The notes under the pieces were generated by a model that saw only the letters and a program-made list of their open reading frames with translations, was not told the DNA's origin and did no database searches. Source: an uncultured Pseudomonadales bacterium (GTDB lineage: Bacteria > Patescibacteriota > Microgenomatia > UBA1400 > UBA12028). From it: a stretch of DNA of 64,000 nt. Shown piece by piece: positions 48,020 through 57,754 of the stretch. The translations under genes were made by a program, and so were the position numbers. The stretch lies in contig CAZWPK010000002.1 in assembly GCA_964635905.1 (NCBI GenBank), positions 141,621-205,620 of the forward strand, written 5' to 3'. Every line of letters starts with the position of its first letter. Position 1 is the stretch's first letter.

Positions 48020-50209
48020 ATGTTTAGCTTAACCAAGTTTAAAGATATGACCGTCACACAACATCAAACTCATCATTACTCTCCAAAGAAGTTGCGTAGA
48101 ATTCCACCTGTTTCTTATCTAGCTATTTTATTTTTGTTGATTATTCTTCCCCTTTTAATGTACGTAGTCAGCAAATCTACTTACCTCTCCTCCAAAGCTA
48201 GTGAATCTCCGTCATTACCAGTAGAAGAGGGCGTGAAAACTTCAAGTGTAAGTGTGCTTAATGACTCTTCTGCAATCGGCGGAAAGTATGTGGTCTTGTC
48301 AAACCCTACGAATGTTTCCACCTTCCAACCTTCTGCTCCGTATCACTCTACATTCTTCTATCTGTGGTATAAGAATGCCGCTACGGATGGCAACTGGAGC
48401 TACTGGACTGATCAGGGAAAAACACCTCCAAAAACTTGGTTTTCTCACTATCTTCCCGACCCAAGGCCTGGCGTTTTTGACCCAGCCAACGAACTTTATA
48501 GTGCGAATAGCTATGAAACATTTAAGTGGCAGGTATCTAAGCTTGCAGAAGCGAAACAAGAAGTAGCAATTGCCTCTTGGTGGGGGATCGGAACGAAAGA
48601 AGATAGCGCATTCTCCACGATTATTTCAAACTTTATGTCTCGAGCGGATAACCCCTACCCTAATCTTCGTTGGGCAGTTTACTACGAAGACGAAGGCTTT
48701 GAGGATCCCAGTGTGTCTACATTGGTCGCCGACCTCAATCACATTAAAGCGCGATTTGCCTCCAGCCCATATTTCCTCAAAAGTAATAACAAGCCCGTAG
48801 TATTTGTCTATGCAGGCAGTAATGATGTTCCTGGGTCTATGCTGCAACGATGGAGTAGCGCGAATGCACAGTTGGGTAATCACTTTTACATTGTACTTAA
48901 AGTTTTCCCTGGATTCGAAACATCTTCCTACCAACCTGATTCTTGGCATCAGTATGCGCCTGCGGTTCGGGGAGGAGTTCATGCACCATACTCTGCGTTT
49001 GTCAGCCCCGGGTTTTGGCTAGATGATGGATCTCCAGAGCGTCTTGTTCGCAACCCTTCCTCATTCGAGTCAGCAGTAAAGACTATGGTAAATTCTAATG
49101 TTACTTGGAAACTTACGGAAACCTGGAATGAGTGGGGTGAGGGTACTTCTGTAGAACCAGGCGTCCACGTGCGCACAAACCAAACTACCGGCGCAGACGA
49201 ACTAAATACAACGGGTTATCCGTTTGAAAACTTATACATCGATATCCTCAAAAACAACCTTCCTTCCTTAGAACAAGGAACAGGTTCTCAACTTACCCAA
49301 GTTCCTTCTGTAACTTCATCTCCCCAAACAACTCCCACACCCGTGCTTAGCCCAACACCTTCTTCGATCTTAACAAACCAAACCATTGTTGCGGTGGGAG
49401 ATATGGTATGTGGACAAGCAAGCACAGGTGCTGCTTGTAAGCAAATGGAAACATCTGATTTAGCCCTTTCTCTCAACCCCAGTGCGGTCTTAGTTCTAGG
49501 AGATGTTCAATACGAACAAGGGGCATTGTCAGACTTTCAAAATTTCTATGAACCCAGCTGGGGAAGATTAAAAAATGTCACCTATCCAGTGGTTGGTAAT
49601 CATGAATATCTAACAGCTAACGCTCAAGGTTACTTTGACTACTTTAATGGAGTGGGCAATTCTACCGGTAAAGCAGGTGATCGAACAAAGGGTTACTATG
49701 CATTTAATCAAGGTGCGTGGAGAATCTATGTCCTGAATTCCAATTGTAGTAAAGTAGGTGGTTGTCATGCCGGTTCTCCACAAGAGACCTGGTTGCGCTC
49801 AGACCTAGCCACCAACCCAAAACAATGCGTTCTTGCTGCTTACCACCATCCTTTGAGGTCTTCCGGAGGAAGAGAAACACCAGCAGTTGCTCCGCTGTTC
49901 AAAGCTTTGTACGATTTTGGAGTGGAAGCAGTCTTGGCAGGACATGAACACAATTACGAACGTTTTCTCCCGCAAGATGTTAACGGCGTCCAAGATTCCA
50001 GTAAGGGTGTTGTTGAATTCATCGTAGGAACGGGAGGCCGGAACTTTACTAACTTTGTAACGAACACTCCCAACCTCTCTACCCATAACGCTAATACGTT
50101 TGGTGTTCTAAAAATGGTTCTGAAATCTTCTGCTATGGATTTTGAGTTTGTCCCTATCGCTGGTTCTAACTCTGGATACTCTGATAAAGGAACAATTACA
50201 TGTCACTAG
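48020..50209 (+). CDS. Membrane-anchored fusion: GH99-like glycoside hydrolase domain + Pro/Thr linker + purple-acid-phosphatase-like metallophosphoesterase
   Basis: N-terminal TM. YHSTFFYLWYKN...W and TETWNEWGEGTSVEP resemble GH99. C-terminal calcineurin-like motifs GDMVCGQAS (GDxxY-type), VLGDVQYE, GNHEY, YHHPLRSSG, and AGHEHNYER. Confidence 0.5.
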   Translation: MFSLTKFKDMTVTQHQTHHYSPKKLRRIPPVSYLAILFLLIILPLLMYVVSKSTYLSSKASESPSLPVEEGVKTSSVSVLNDSSAIGGKYVVLSNPTNVSTFQPSAPYHSTFFYLWYKNAATDGNWSYWTDQGKTPPKTWFSHYLPDPRPGVFDPANELYSANSYETFKWQVSKLAEAKQEVAIASWWGIGTKEDSAFSTIISNFMSRADNPYPNLRWAVYYEDEGFEDPSVSTLVADLNHIKARFASSPYFLKSNNKPVVFVYAGSNDVPGSMLQRWSSANAQLGNHFYIVLKVFPGFETSSYQPDSWHQYAPAVRGGVHAPYSAFVSPGFWLDDGSPERLVRNPSSFESAVKTMVNSNVTWKLTETWNEWGEGTSVEPGVHVRTNQTTGADELNTTGYPFENLYIDILKNNLPSLEQGTGSQLTQVPSVTSSPQTTPTPVLSPTPSSILTNQTIVAVGDMVCGQASTGAACKQMETSDLALSLNPSAVLVLGDVQYEQGALSDFQNFYEPSWGRLKNVTYPVVGNHEYLTANAQGYFDYFNGVGNSTGKAGDRTKGYYAFNQGAWRIYVLNSNCSKVGGCHAGSPQETWLRSDLATNPKQCVLAAYHHPLRSSGGRETPAVAPLFKALYDFGVEAVLAGHEHNYERFLPQDVNGVQDSSKGVVEFIVGTGGRNFTNFVTNTPNLSTHNANTFGVLKMVLKSSAMDFEFVPIAGSNSGYSDKGTITCH

Positions 50210-50222
50210 TCATACATTAACT

Positions 50223-50828
50223 ATGTCAGACAAAAACCTAAACACATCCATTACAGATAATACTACCCCAGAAAGGAGCTCACCCTCGATTGAGACAGCT
50301 CCCCAGCAAGTGACTGATGCTTCTATAAATAACATCCCAAAAGTTCTTATCGGAATTGCTGGTTTGCTTCTAATCCTTCTTCTAGGATTAATCGCGTGGT
50401 TCTTCTATCGAAATAATCCAAAACAGCAGCTCGATAGCGTCATTTCATCGGAATTCCAATCTGTCAAAAAGGTGGCTACTGATGTTAACTTCGATGAACA
50501 ACTGGGTCAACTTTTCCCTGGATTTCCTGCCGTACCTGTTTATCCAGAAGCGGAACTGAAAGGCTCTGCCAAAACGAATACCAATACTGAACCCGACCAG
50601 GGGTTTCATGTTGTCTGGGAGTACCATGGAACAGCCATTGTTCCTGAAATTATGAAATGGTACGAAACCGAACTACCGAAAATGGGTTGGGAGTATTTCC
50701 CTCCAGACGACCCCACATCTATCACGGAACAGGTTGCTCAAATTTCTAATGATACTTTCGTTGGATACATGGCGGGAGAAGTAGAGCATGGTGAAATTGA
50801 GATTATTATTGATGTTCGCTATAAATAA
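50223..50828 (+). CDS. Hypothetical membrane-anchored protein
   Basis: TM helix VLIGIAGLLLILLLGLIAWFF and a Trp-rich C-terminal domain. Start placed at MSDKN to avoid overlap. Confidence 0.3.
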   Translation: MSDKNLNTSITDNTTPERSSPSIETAPQQVTDASINNIPKVLIGIAGLLLILLLGLIAWFFYRNNPKQQLDSVISSEFQSVKKVATDVNFDEQLGQLFPGFPAVPVYPEAELKGSAKTNTNTEPDQGFHVVWEYHGTAIVPEIMKWYETELPKMGWEYFPPDDPTSITEQVAQISNDTFVGYMAGEVEHGEIEIIIDVRYK

Positions 50829-50838
50829 ACAAAGACCT

Positions 50839-53025
50839 ATGACTCACCACTCAAAATTTTTCATCTTTTTTGTACTGGTTTCTATCCTAGTCGCTGTGCT
50901 ACTAGTCCCAAGTACTATTCAGGCACAGGTACCTTCGTTCTCTTTTGGGGCAGCTGGTGACTTTGCAAACGGCACTAATTTTAGGAATGTTGTATCCGCA
51001 GTCTCCGCAAACAATCCTGCTTTTTTTATCGCACTGGGGGACTTTGCCTACTCACCCTCGGAACAATCTTGGTGTAGTACCTGGAAAGCCAGTTACAACA
51101 ATATTCTATTGATTTCTGGAAACCATGATCAAGGTGATGCAGGGGGAGGCCTCTTGCAAACCTACGCTCAATACTGTCCCTATACGTTATCCGTTCCCAT
51201 GACAGGCAGCTATGCAAGACAGTACTATTTTGACTATCCCGCGACTGCACCACTGGCTCGATTCATTCAGATTAGCCCGAATTTGAGTGGACCCGCTTTT
51301 ACTGGTTTTGATACAAATTATGCGGTCGGTCGCCAGGGTCATACTTTCGTGTCCACCGCAATTGATGATGCTCGTGCCAAAGGAATAAAGTGGATCGTCG
51401 TGAGTATGCATAAAAACTATATTAGCGCGATGGAAAAACCAAACGAGATCGGAAACGATCTTGCAAGCCTGCTCTTTAATAAAAAAGTGGATTTAGTACT
51501 CCAAGGTCATGAGCATGGATATGAGCGGACAAAACAACTCAGATGCGCTCGAACAAACACTTATGATGCGAGCTGTGTCGTGGATGCCGATGATTCTATG
51601 GTTCAGGGCGCGGGAACAATTATTCACGTTCTTGGTACAGGCGGACAAGGACTACGTGGTTTGAATACTAGTGACTCTGAGTATCAGTACTTTGCTTCTG
51701 CAAACAATACTGCCTACGGGTTTGGTAAATTTACAGTTTCTCCCACCTCACTTTCCTACAATTTTGTACGATCTGGTGGTGGTGTATTTAGTGATAGTTT
51801 TACTATTACAGCCACCGGGTCGACCCCACCACCCACAACGGCTCCAACGGTCACACCCACACCGACCCCTAGCCCAACACTCAGGCCCACGCCGACATCG
51901 ACGCCTACACCTCTACCAACACAAACACCGGTGCCCAGCAGTACGATAATTCCTGCTACTCCTACATCTACATCTACTCCAATGCCCACAACTGCACCGT
52001 GTTCGACTTCCATTCCAACCACTGCCCAGAGTGTAATTATGAACCTGACTCTCCAAGAATCTGGCAGCTACACAGCGTGGACTCGCATGGCAAAAGGCAG
52101 TAACTTAGCTGACTCTTATTGGTTACAAGTTGACTCTCAGTGCCCGATCAATGTAGGTGACTCTGCCTCTATTCCTTCTACTGGATGGGGATGGGTTAAC
52201 TACAAAGACGGCAATCCAAATGCAAAGGTGACCTTTTCGCTGAGCCCTGGATCGCATCGTGTCACACTTGCCACCAGAGAAAGTGGAGTAAAAATAGATC
52301 ACATAGTGTTTACCAATGATCCAAACTGTGTCCCTAATAATCAAGGCTCATGTACAATTGTACAACCTACAAACACCCCTACAGTCGTTCCTACACCCAC
52401 AACACCTACTACACCCACAGCAACTCCTACACCACGACCCACACCTACGATCACCCCGACAATCAGACCGTCTGGGACACCGATTGCAACCCCAACTCCA
52501 AGACCAACTCTACCTCCATCCCCTTCACTGTCACCAACTCCTGTGCCATCTTCACAAATTATTTTGTCTCCTTCTCATGACTCATTTGTCCGAAGGGATG
52601 ATGATGATACGGTTTTCGGCAGAGAAGATAGTCTAGAGGTCGACGGATCACCAGAAAAGATCATTTTCATTAAATTTGATTCACGTCCCTATGCGGGAAA
52701 GACAGTCAGAAAAGCAATCCTACGACTACACGCCTTTGACTCATCTTCTGGAGAACAAACAGTGCACATCGTTCCGACAACTAGTTGGGGAGAGTATGTT
52801 GTTACCTATGAGAATAAGCCAGAAATTCAAGGAGTGATTACAAGAATTGTTAGACCTCAGTCTGGGAGAGCGATTGAAATCGATATCACATCGTATGTCC
52901 AATCAAAAATGGGCAAAGTGTTTTCACTTGCTATCAAATCTGTTTCCTCGAATGGAGTTGATTTCTACTCCAAAGAAGCACGGGATAGCAGTAAGCGACC
53001 TAAACTAACGATTTCAATCAACTAA
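50839..53025 (+). CDS. Secreted purple-acid-phosphatase-like metallophosphoesterase with middle beta domain and C-terminal DNRLRE-like domain
   Basis: Signal peptide. GAAGDF, ALGDFAYS, SGNHDQGD, VSMHKNY, and LQGHEHGYERT. Two Pro/Thr linkers. C-terminal SFVRRDDDDTVFG...LEVDGS...IIFIKFD...VRKAILRLHAFD, DNRLRE-like. Confidence 0.55.
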   Translation: MTHHSKFFIFFVLVSILVAVLLVPSTIQAQVPSFSFGAAGDFANGTNFRNVVSAVSANNPAFFIALGDFAYSPSEQSWCSTWKASYNNILLISGNHDQGDAGGGLLQTYAQYCPYTLSVPMTGSYARQYYFDYPATAPLARFIQISPNLSGPAFTGFDTNYAVGRQGHTFVSTAIDDARAKGIKWIVVSMHKNYISAMEKPNEIGNDLASLLFNKKVDLVLQGHEHGYERTKQLRCARTNTYDASCVVDADDSMVQGAGTIIHVLGTGGQGLRGLNTSDSEYQYFASANNTAYGFGKFTVSPTSLSYNFVRSGGGVFSDSFTITATGSTPPPTTAPTVTPTPTPSPTLRPTPTSTPTPLPTQTPVPSSTIIPATPTSTSTPMPTTAPCSTSIPTTAQSVIMNLTLQESGSYTAWTRMAKGSNLADSYWLQVDSQCPINVGDSASIPSTGWGWVNYKDGNPNAKVTFSLSPGSHRVTLATRESGVKIDHIVFTNDPNCVPNNQGSCTIVQPTNTPTVVPTPTTPTTPTATPTPRPTPTITPTIRPSGTPIATPTPRPTLPPSPSLSPTPVPSSQIILSPSHDSFVRRDDDDTVFGREDSLEVDGSPEKIIFIKFDSRPYAGKTVRKAILRLHAFDSSSGEQTVHIVPTTSWGEYVVTYENKPEIQGVITRIVRPQSGRAIEIDITSYVQSKMGKVFSLAIKSVSSNGVDFYSKEARDSSKRPKLTISIN

Positions 53026-53396
53026 AATGATGAAACTGGCAAAACTATAACACTTTTGTCTAGTCTGGATTGAATACCATCTTGTTTGTGCTTGCTCTGT
53101 TACCACACTAGTATGGTAATCACATACAGATTTCATCATGTATCCATCTGCGCAAAAAACGATCCATTCAGATACTTACTCACATCTCTTCGGGAAGATT
53201 ACTGACTGGAATCTCAGCTCATTAATTGACATCCTTCTGCCTGTAGTCTGCCATCGGTATGACTATCACCCGCACAAGTGTGAGACACCTGCATGACAGC
53301 GGAATTATTTTTGTGATACTCTAACTATATGCTCAAAACAATTGTCGTTCTCATTCAAAAAAGACCCGTTATATCAATGATCTTTTTTTATTTCTC

Positions 53397-54740
53397 ATGG
53401 TCACCTGTTTATATGCTGTACTAGTTCTCCCTAAAAGCATAGATAACAGGTCAGAAGCTACAATCACACCTACCCCCAAGTATTTTGGATATATGTATGC
53501 CCAAGGAAATTTTTCAAAGCTAACCGACCACAGCAATGTTTTCTTTGCCCGTGATCTAGAAGAATATAACCAAATTCTTTCTACCACGAATGATCAAGTT
53601 ATTTTAGATACCACTTGGTTGTTATGGCATCCAGTGGAAAATGGATCTGCTCCCTGGGAACCCAAAGATGGTTGGCGAGATGAATGGAGGCACCTATGGA
53701 ACATTCTAAAGCCCAATGCACATCGAATTGCTGCAATTTACCCAATTGATGAACCTGATATGAATGCCAATAAAACAAAGTTTACTTTTATGGCCGATGT
53801 CATGCGAGAGACGATGTATTCTGATGGCAAAAATATTCCTCTTATGGCTATCTTTACTCCGTATGCTCCGTGGATGATGGTCGATAATAAAGCAAAAACC
53901 CATGCCGGGTTTAATATCAACAAAACCTGGGCAGATAGTCTTCCATTCTCTTTGGCACAACAGCACTTAGATTGGATCGGATTTGATGAATATGGATGTT
54001 TAAATTCTGAATGCTTAGGAGGTTTATCCTTAGAAGCAAAATTTAACATCATGCAAAATGCAATCAAAGACTATCCATTAGGAAAAAAATCAGTTTTTGT
54101 TGTCGGTGATGGATTAGCCTTTGGAACCATCTCCCCTACTGCTGCACAGCAAAGTGCCTATCTTGCGCGTAATCAAAAACTTTTTGATTTATGCACTCAA
54201 AATGGACGGTGTGTGGGATATTTTGCTTTTCTTTATAATTCGAACGCCACAGAAAAATTAATAGGCTTAGATCAAATGCCAATCGTACAGAATGATCTAA
54301 AACGTCTGGGCCAATTGGTGCTGCTTCCCACAATAAAAGTCGGGTTAATCCGAAATACTGAAGTGACACTTACTGCCAGCAAGGAATACGCTGCGTTTAC
54401 CAAAGATAAAGCTGTCAATGGGATCACAACAGACGCAGGCTGGGTCTCAGGAGGGTATGCACCACAGTGGTTAGAATTTCAATTCAAACAAAGTGAACAA
54501 ATATCTAGAATAGTTATGCATGTGAATCAAGATCCAGCAAGCCCTACTTTACATCGTATTTCAGTGGCCGGCGCAGATAAGGTGTACAGAGAAGTAGCGT
54601 CGCTAAATCAATCAACTGCCGATAAAGACCGGCTGACGAAAACATTTTCTCCTTCATTAAAAAACATTACATTTGTTAAGATTGAAACGCTAAACTCAAA
54701 GAGCTGGATAGCCTGGAGAGAAATAGAGTTCTATCGGTAA
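53397..54740 (+). CDS. Hypothetical glycosidase-like protein with C-terminal F5/8 type C (discoidin) domain
   Basis: C-terminus AVNGITTDAGWVSGGYAPQWLEFQFKQSEQISRIVMH...WIAWREIEFY is discoidin-like. Confidence 0.4.
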   Translation: MVTCLYAVLVLPKSIDNRSEATITPTPKYFGYMYAQGNFSKLTDHSNVFFARDLEEYNQILSTTNDQVILDTTWLLWHPVENGSAPWEPKDGWRDEWRHLWNILKPNAHRIAAIYPIDEPDMNANKTKFTFMADVMRETMYSDGKNIPLMAIFTPYAPWMMVDNKAKTHAGFNINKTWADSLPFSLAQQHLDWIGFDEYGCLNSECLGGLSLEAKFNIMQNAIKDYPLGKKSVFVVGDGLAFGTISPTAAQQSAYLARNQKLFDLCTQNGRCVGYFAFLYNSNATEKLIGLDQMPIVQNDLKRLGQLVLLPTIKVGLIRNTEVTLTASKEYAAFTKDKAVNGITTDAGWVSGGYAPQWLEFQFKQSEQISRIVMHVNQDPASPTLHRISVAGADKVYREVASLNQSTADKDRLTKTFSPSLKNITFVKIETLNSKSWIAWREIEFYR

Positions 54741-54744
54741 GGAA

Positions 54745-54769
54745 GAAAAGCTGCTTTTCTATCTTTTTC
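54745..54769 (+). terminator. Intrinsic terminator-like hairpin after the 53397-54740 gene
   Basis: gaaaag-ctg-cttttc stem-loop followed by tatcttttt. Confidence 0.35.
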
Positions 54770-55291
54770 CAATCACAAGCCTGAATATAAGTGACCCTAA
54801 CACTTCCACATCCACACCAGCTCATTGCCGATATACTCGACTTTTTCAACACTTTTGCTGACGATTTGCGAGGTGTGAGCTACAACTTCGCCGTGTAATC
54901 ATTGCACAAACCATCGTGCTCACATCTGGTGACAATATATTTAAGTGTTAAGCATGTAGGGCATCACCAGATAACTTGCTCCACCTCTGGTAAAATACAG
55001 CTTTTCTCAAGCGGTTTTACTAACCTTACTTCTTATACACCTTCACACTATTAGAAACGCCCAATTTTTTTGACAGTTCACATATACATAAAAAGAGTTA
55101 GCTGCCTATATAGGTCAGTACAGGATTTAGGGTGATGGGAGGTGGAAGTGCTGAATGGTTACAAGGGTAGAAGAGGGTATGTAGTGGCTACACAGTCTGT
55201 AGAAAGGATGGCGTTAAAACCGCTTTGGAGTCCCGAGAGTGTCTAAGGCAGAGTAAAGCTAGAGCTGGAAGAGCAAACGTCTTTGGTATTC

Positions 55292-56482
55292 TTACCGACC
55301 AATAATCCTCACGGTCTCATTTCCCAAACCACCCTGAACACTGATTGTATTGTCAGAAATTAAGGTGGAAAGAGCAGCTTCTTCTGCGTCACTTAATGAT
55401 GGTCGTAAAACCCGATTTGGAAATATCCTGCCCCCTGCTAGACTTGCTATGGTACTTTCAGTACCATCATGTCGGTGTAAAACGAGGTTATACGAATTTC
55501 CTGACCTCTGAACTGAAAAAGTGGCAGCAATCCCACTTACATCAAATCTTTCGCCCAGTTGTAAAACGTTAGTTCCCTGTTCCACGAGCCTAGTAATCTC
55601 AGAACCTTCTGACTCAGCTTCCGCTGCTGGTTGAGAGCTTTCAGGAGAAATCTCTAAAACCATATTACCTGTGTTTGGATCTGTGCTGGCTATTTCATCA
55701 AATATAGCGGTTTCATCTGCGGTTAAGGGTAAAAGCGCACCTCTATCACTAATCCTAAAAATAATTGAGTCTCCGCTTTGTGGCTCGATGTCTGTAAAAC
55801 GGTAGGTCTTACCATCGTAGGTAAAATCCTCGTTTCTTTCTATTGTTATCCCATTTAACACTGTAGTTTCACTGCCTTGCTCACCGTCTTCCTCGCTTAG
55901 GGAGGAAGAAATAATGATATCAGGGACATTACCTGATGATGCCTCAATCGCACCATCTGGGTTAATAACCGAGAAAGTAATTCTCGAACCGTCATCCATA
56001 TGGAATGAATAGGCTGAAACTTCATATGTTCTTGACTGGGATTGACCCATAGCACTACCAGAAATTGTTAACTGCAACCCTCTTAAGTCTTGAGCTGTGC
56101 CATTGCGAAAGGCATCAGCTATGGCTGATTCGGCAGAAGAAGTGTTAACTTGGACATTCGTACCAGCAGTCTCGTCAGCCACAGAGTCAGCAGTTCTTCG
56201 AAATTGAGTATTAATCTCATTAAGAACTGTATCAAGATTGTCGCCAGCCCCCAAAGATATTTCAAATCTACCAGCACCATTAAGAGTGATGCTCAATGTG
56301 ACTCGCTCACCCGTGGGTAGTGATTGAAGAAAATTCTCTAGGGAAGTACCCAAATTCTCACCATGTTGCAAAGCATTGAAAAACTCTTGCAGTGCTTGGG
56401 ACGTTTCGGAGCCTTCCTGTCCTTGACCATCAACATTATTATTTTCGATAATGGCCAGTGGTGCTGGTTGTATCTCAGACAT
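55292..56482 (-). CDS. Hypothetical acidic cytoplasmic protein (orphan)
   Basis: 396 aa, Asp/Glu/Ser/Thr-rich, no Cys, no signal peptide. Flanked by a 550-bp noncoding region and the IS30 remnant. Confidence 0.35.
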   Translation of the reverse strand: MSEIQPAPLAIIENNNVDGQGQEGSETSQALQEFFNALQHGENLGTSLENFLQSLPTGERVTLSITLNGAGRFEISLGAGDNLDTVLNEINTQFRRTADSVADETAGTNVQVNTSSAESAIADAFRNGTAQDLRGLQLTISGSAMGQSQSRTYEVSAYSFHMDDGSRITFSVINPDGAIEASSGNVPDIIISSSLSEEDGEQGSETTVLNGITIERNEDFTYDGKTYRFTDIEPQSGDSIIFRISDRGALLPLTADETAIFDEIASTDPNTGNMVLEISPESSQPAAEAESEGSEITRLVEQGTNVLQLGERFDVSGIAATFSVQRSGNSYNLVLHRHDGTESTIASLAGGRIFPNRVLRPSLSDAEEAALSTLISDNTISVQGGLGNETVRIIGR

Positions 56483-56625
56483 ATTGCTCTCAGTTATGTT
56501 ATTAGTGAAATTGGCTCTCCCAAATTATATCAAATCATAGATAAAATGTTTGAACATAGACGCAAATAACCATAAGTCAGTAAGTTCTAAAACGAATCGC
56601 AACACTCCAGTAAAATTGGAGGACT

Positions 56626-57636
56626 ATGTTGCATACAAAGATAACTCCGGATGAGAGGGATACAATTGCGACTCTTTTTGCTGGTGGGAGCTCAGTACGC
56701 TCCATAGCCAGCGAACTTGATAGGTCTCCATCTAGTATTTCTCGGGAACTCAAAAGGAATGGGAGTAAAGGAACGTGCTCTGCAATTCTGGCCCAGAAAA
56801 AGAGCGAGATCAGGAACAAAACAAGTAGGAGATTGAACCCACTAAAAGATCAGAAGATCTATGCGTAGGTCCTGGACAAACTGCGCTGTGGTTGGTCACC
56901 AGAGCAAATAGTTGGAAGACTAGAGAAAGAATACTGAGAGAGACTTATCTGTCATGAAACCATTTACAAATATGTGTACGAATCTGAGGATGGGAGACGG
57001 AGGAGATTGTTTGAAAATCGGCCTCGCAGACAACCAAAGAGGCAACGATGGAAAGGAAGAAGTGTGTATCACAAAGGAATACAAAACAGAGTGAGTATCC
57101 ATGACAAACCAGAGGTGATTAACCAAAAGAAGCAATTTGGATACTGGGAATTTGATGTGGTGGAAGGAAAGGCACACAAAGGTGGAATGGTGACAGCTTT
57201 GGAACGAGTCAACCGTTTCTACCAAGTGAAACTTCTACCCAGCAATGATTCTGAATATGGTGTGACCGCTCAGCTTCATATTCTCAGATCTCTGTCAAGA
57301 TTTGCCAGGAAGACAGCAACATTTGACAATGGCAAAGAGAACTACAACCATACAAAGATGCGTCTTACAGAACTACATGGAGAAGAACTAAATGTGGATG
57401 CTCTTTTGAACTACGCATACATCTATATTCGAACAGTCGAGAGCGTGTGGTATGACGCTCCAGGTATGTACAGAGTACGACTTCAAAGGATTATTTTTCC
57501 CAAGGGGGTGGACTATGGAAAAGAAGGTTTTTCGAACACGGAAATATCCCCATTATTCAAGCTAATTGAACTTTTAGGAGCTGAGCAGTCAAATGATGTG
57601 ACCCCACCGAGATTCGAACTCGGGTTTACAGGATGA
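56626..57636 (+). pseudogene. IS30-family transposase pseudogene (HTH + DDE core in one frame, interrupted by TAG at 56866 and TGA at 56935; catalytic Glu lost)
   Basis: IS30 signatures SVRSIASELDRSPSSISRELKRN, WSPEQIVGRL, ICHETIYKYVY, and FGYWEFDVVEG...VTALERVNRF. All three segments share one reading frame. The NEN motif is replaced by APG. Confidence 0.6.
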
Positions 57637-57671
57637 GAACCTGCTGTCCTAGGCCTCTAGACGATGGGGCC
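57599..57671 (-). tRNA. tRNA-Glu (CUC)
   Basis: Acceptor GGCCCCA/TGGGGTC. D-arm TCGTCTAGAGGCCTAGGACA (tRNA-Glu-like). Anticodon stem GCAGG/CCTGT with loop UU-CUC-AU. T-arm CCGAG-TTCGAAT-CTCGG. 73 nt. Confidence 0.75.
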
Positions 57672-57754
57672 AACTAGAGAAGTTCTTATTTTATCACGAT
57701 CTTACCTAGTTCTTCTCCTTTTTTCTAGGCTTCAGGGTAAAATAAATATACTTC

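Noticed and set aside
56866-56937. In-frame TAG and TGA in the IS30 transposase as possible stop-codon recoding or alternative genetic code
   Set aside because: Housekeeping genes in the window terminate at TAG/TGA/TAA with normal lengths and RF2 (UGA reader) is intact. Loss of the catalytic Glu further downstream points to a pseudogene.
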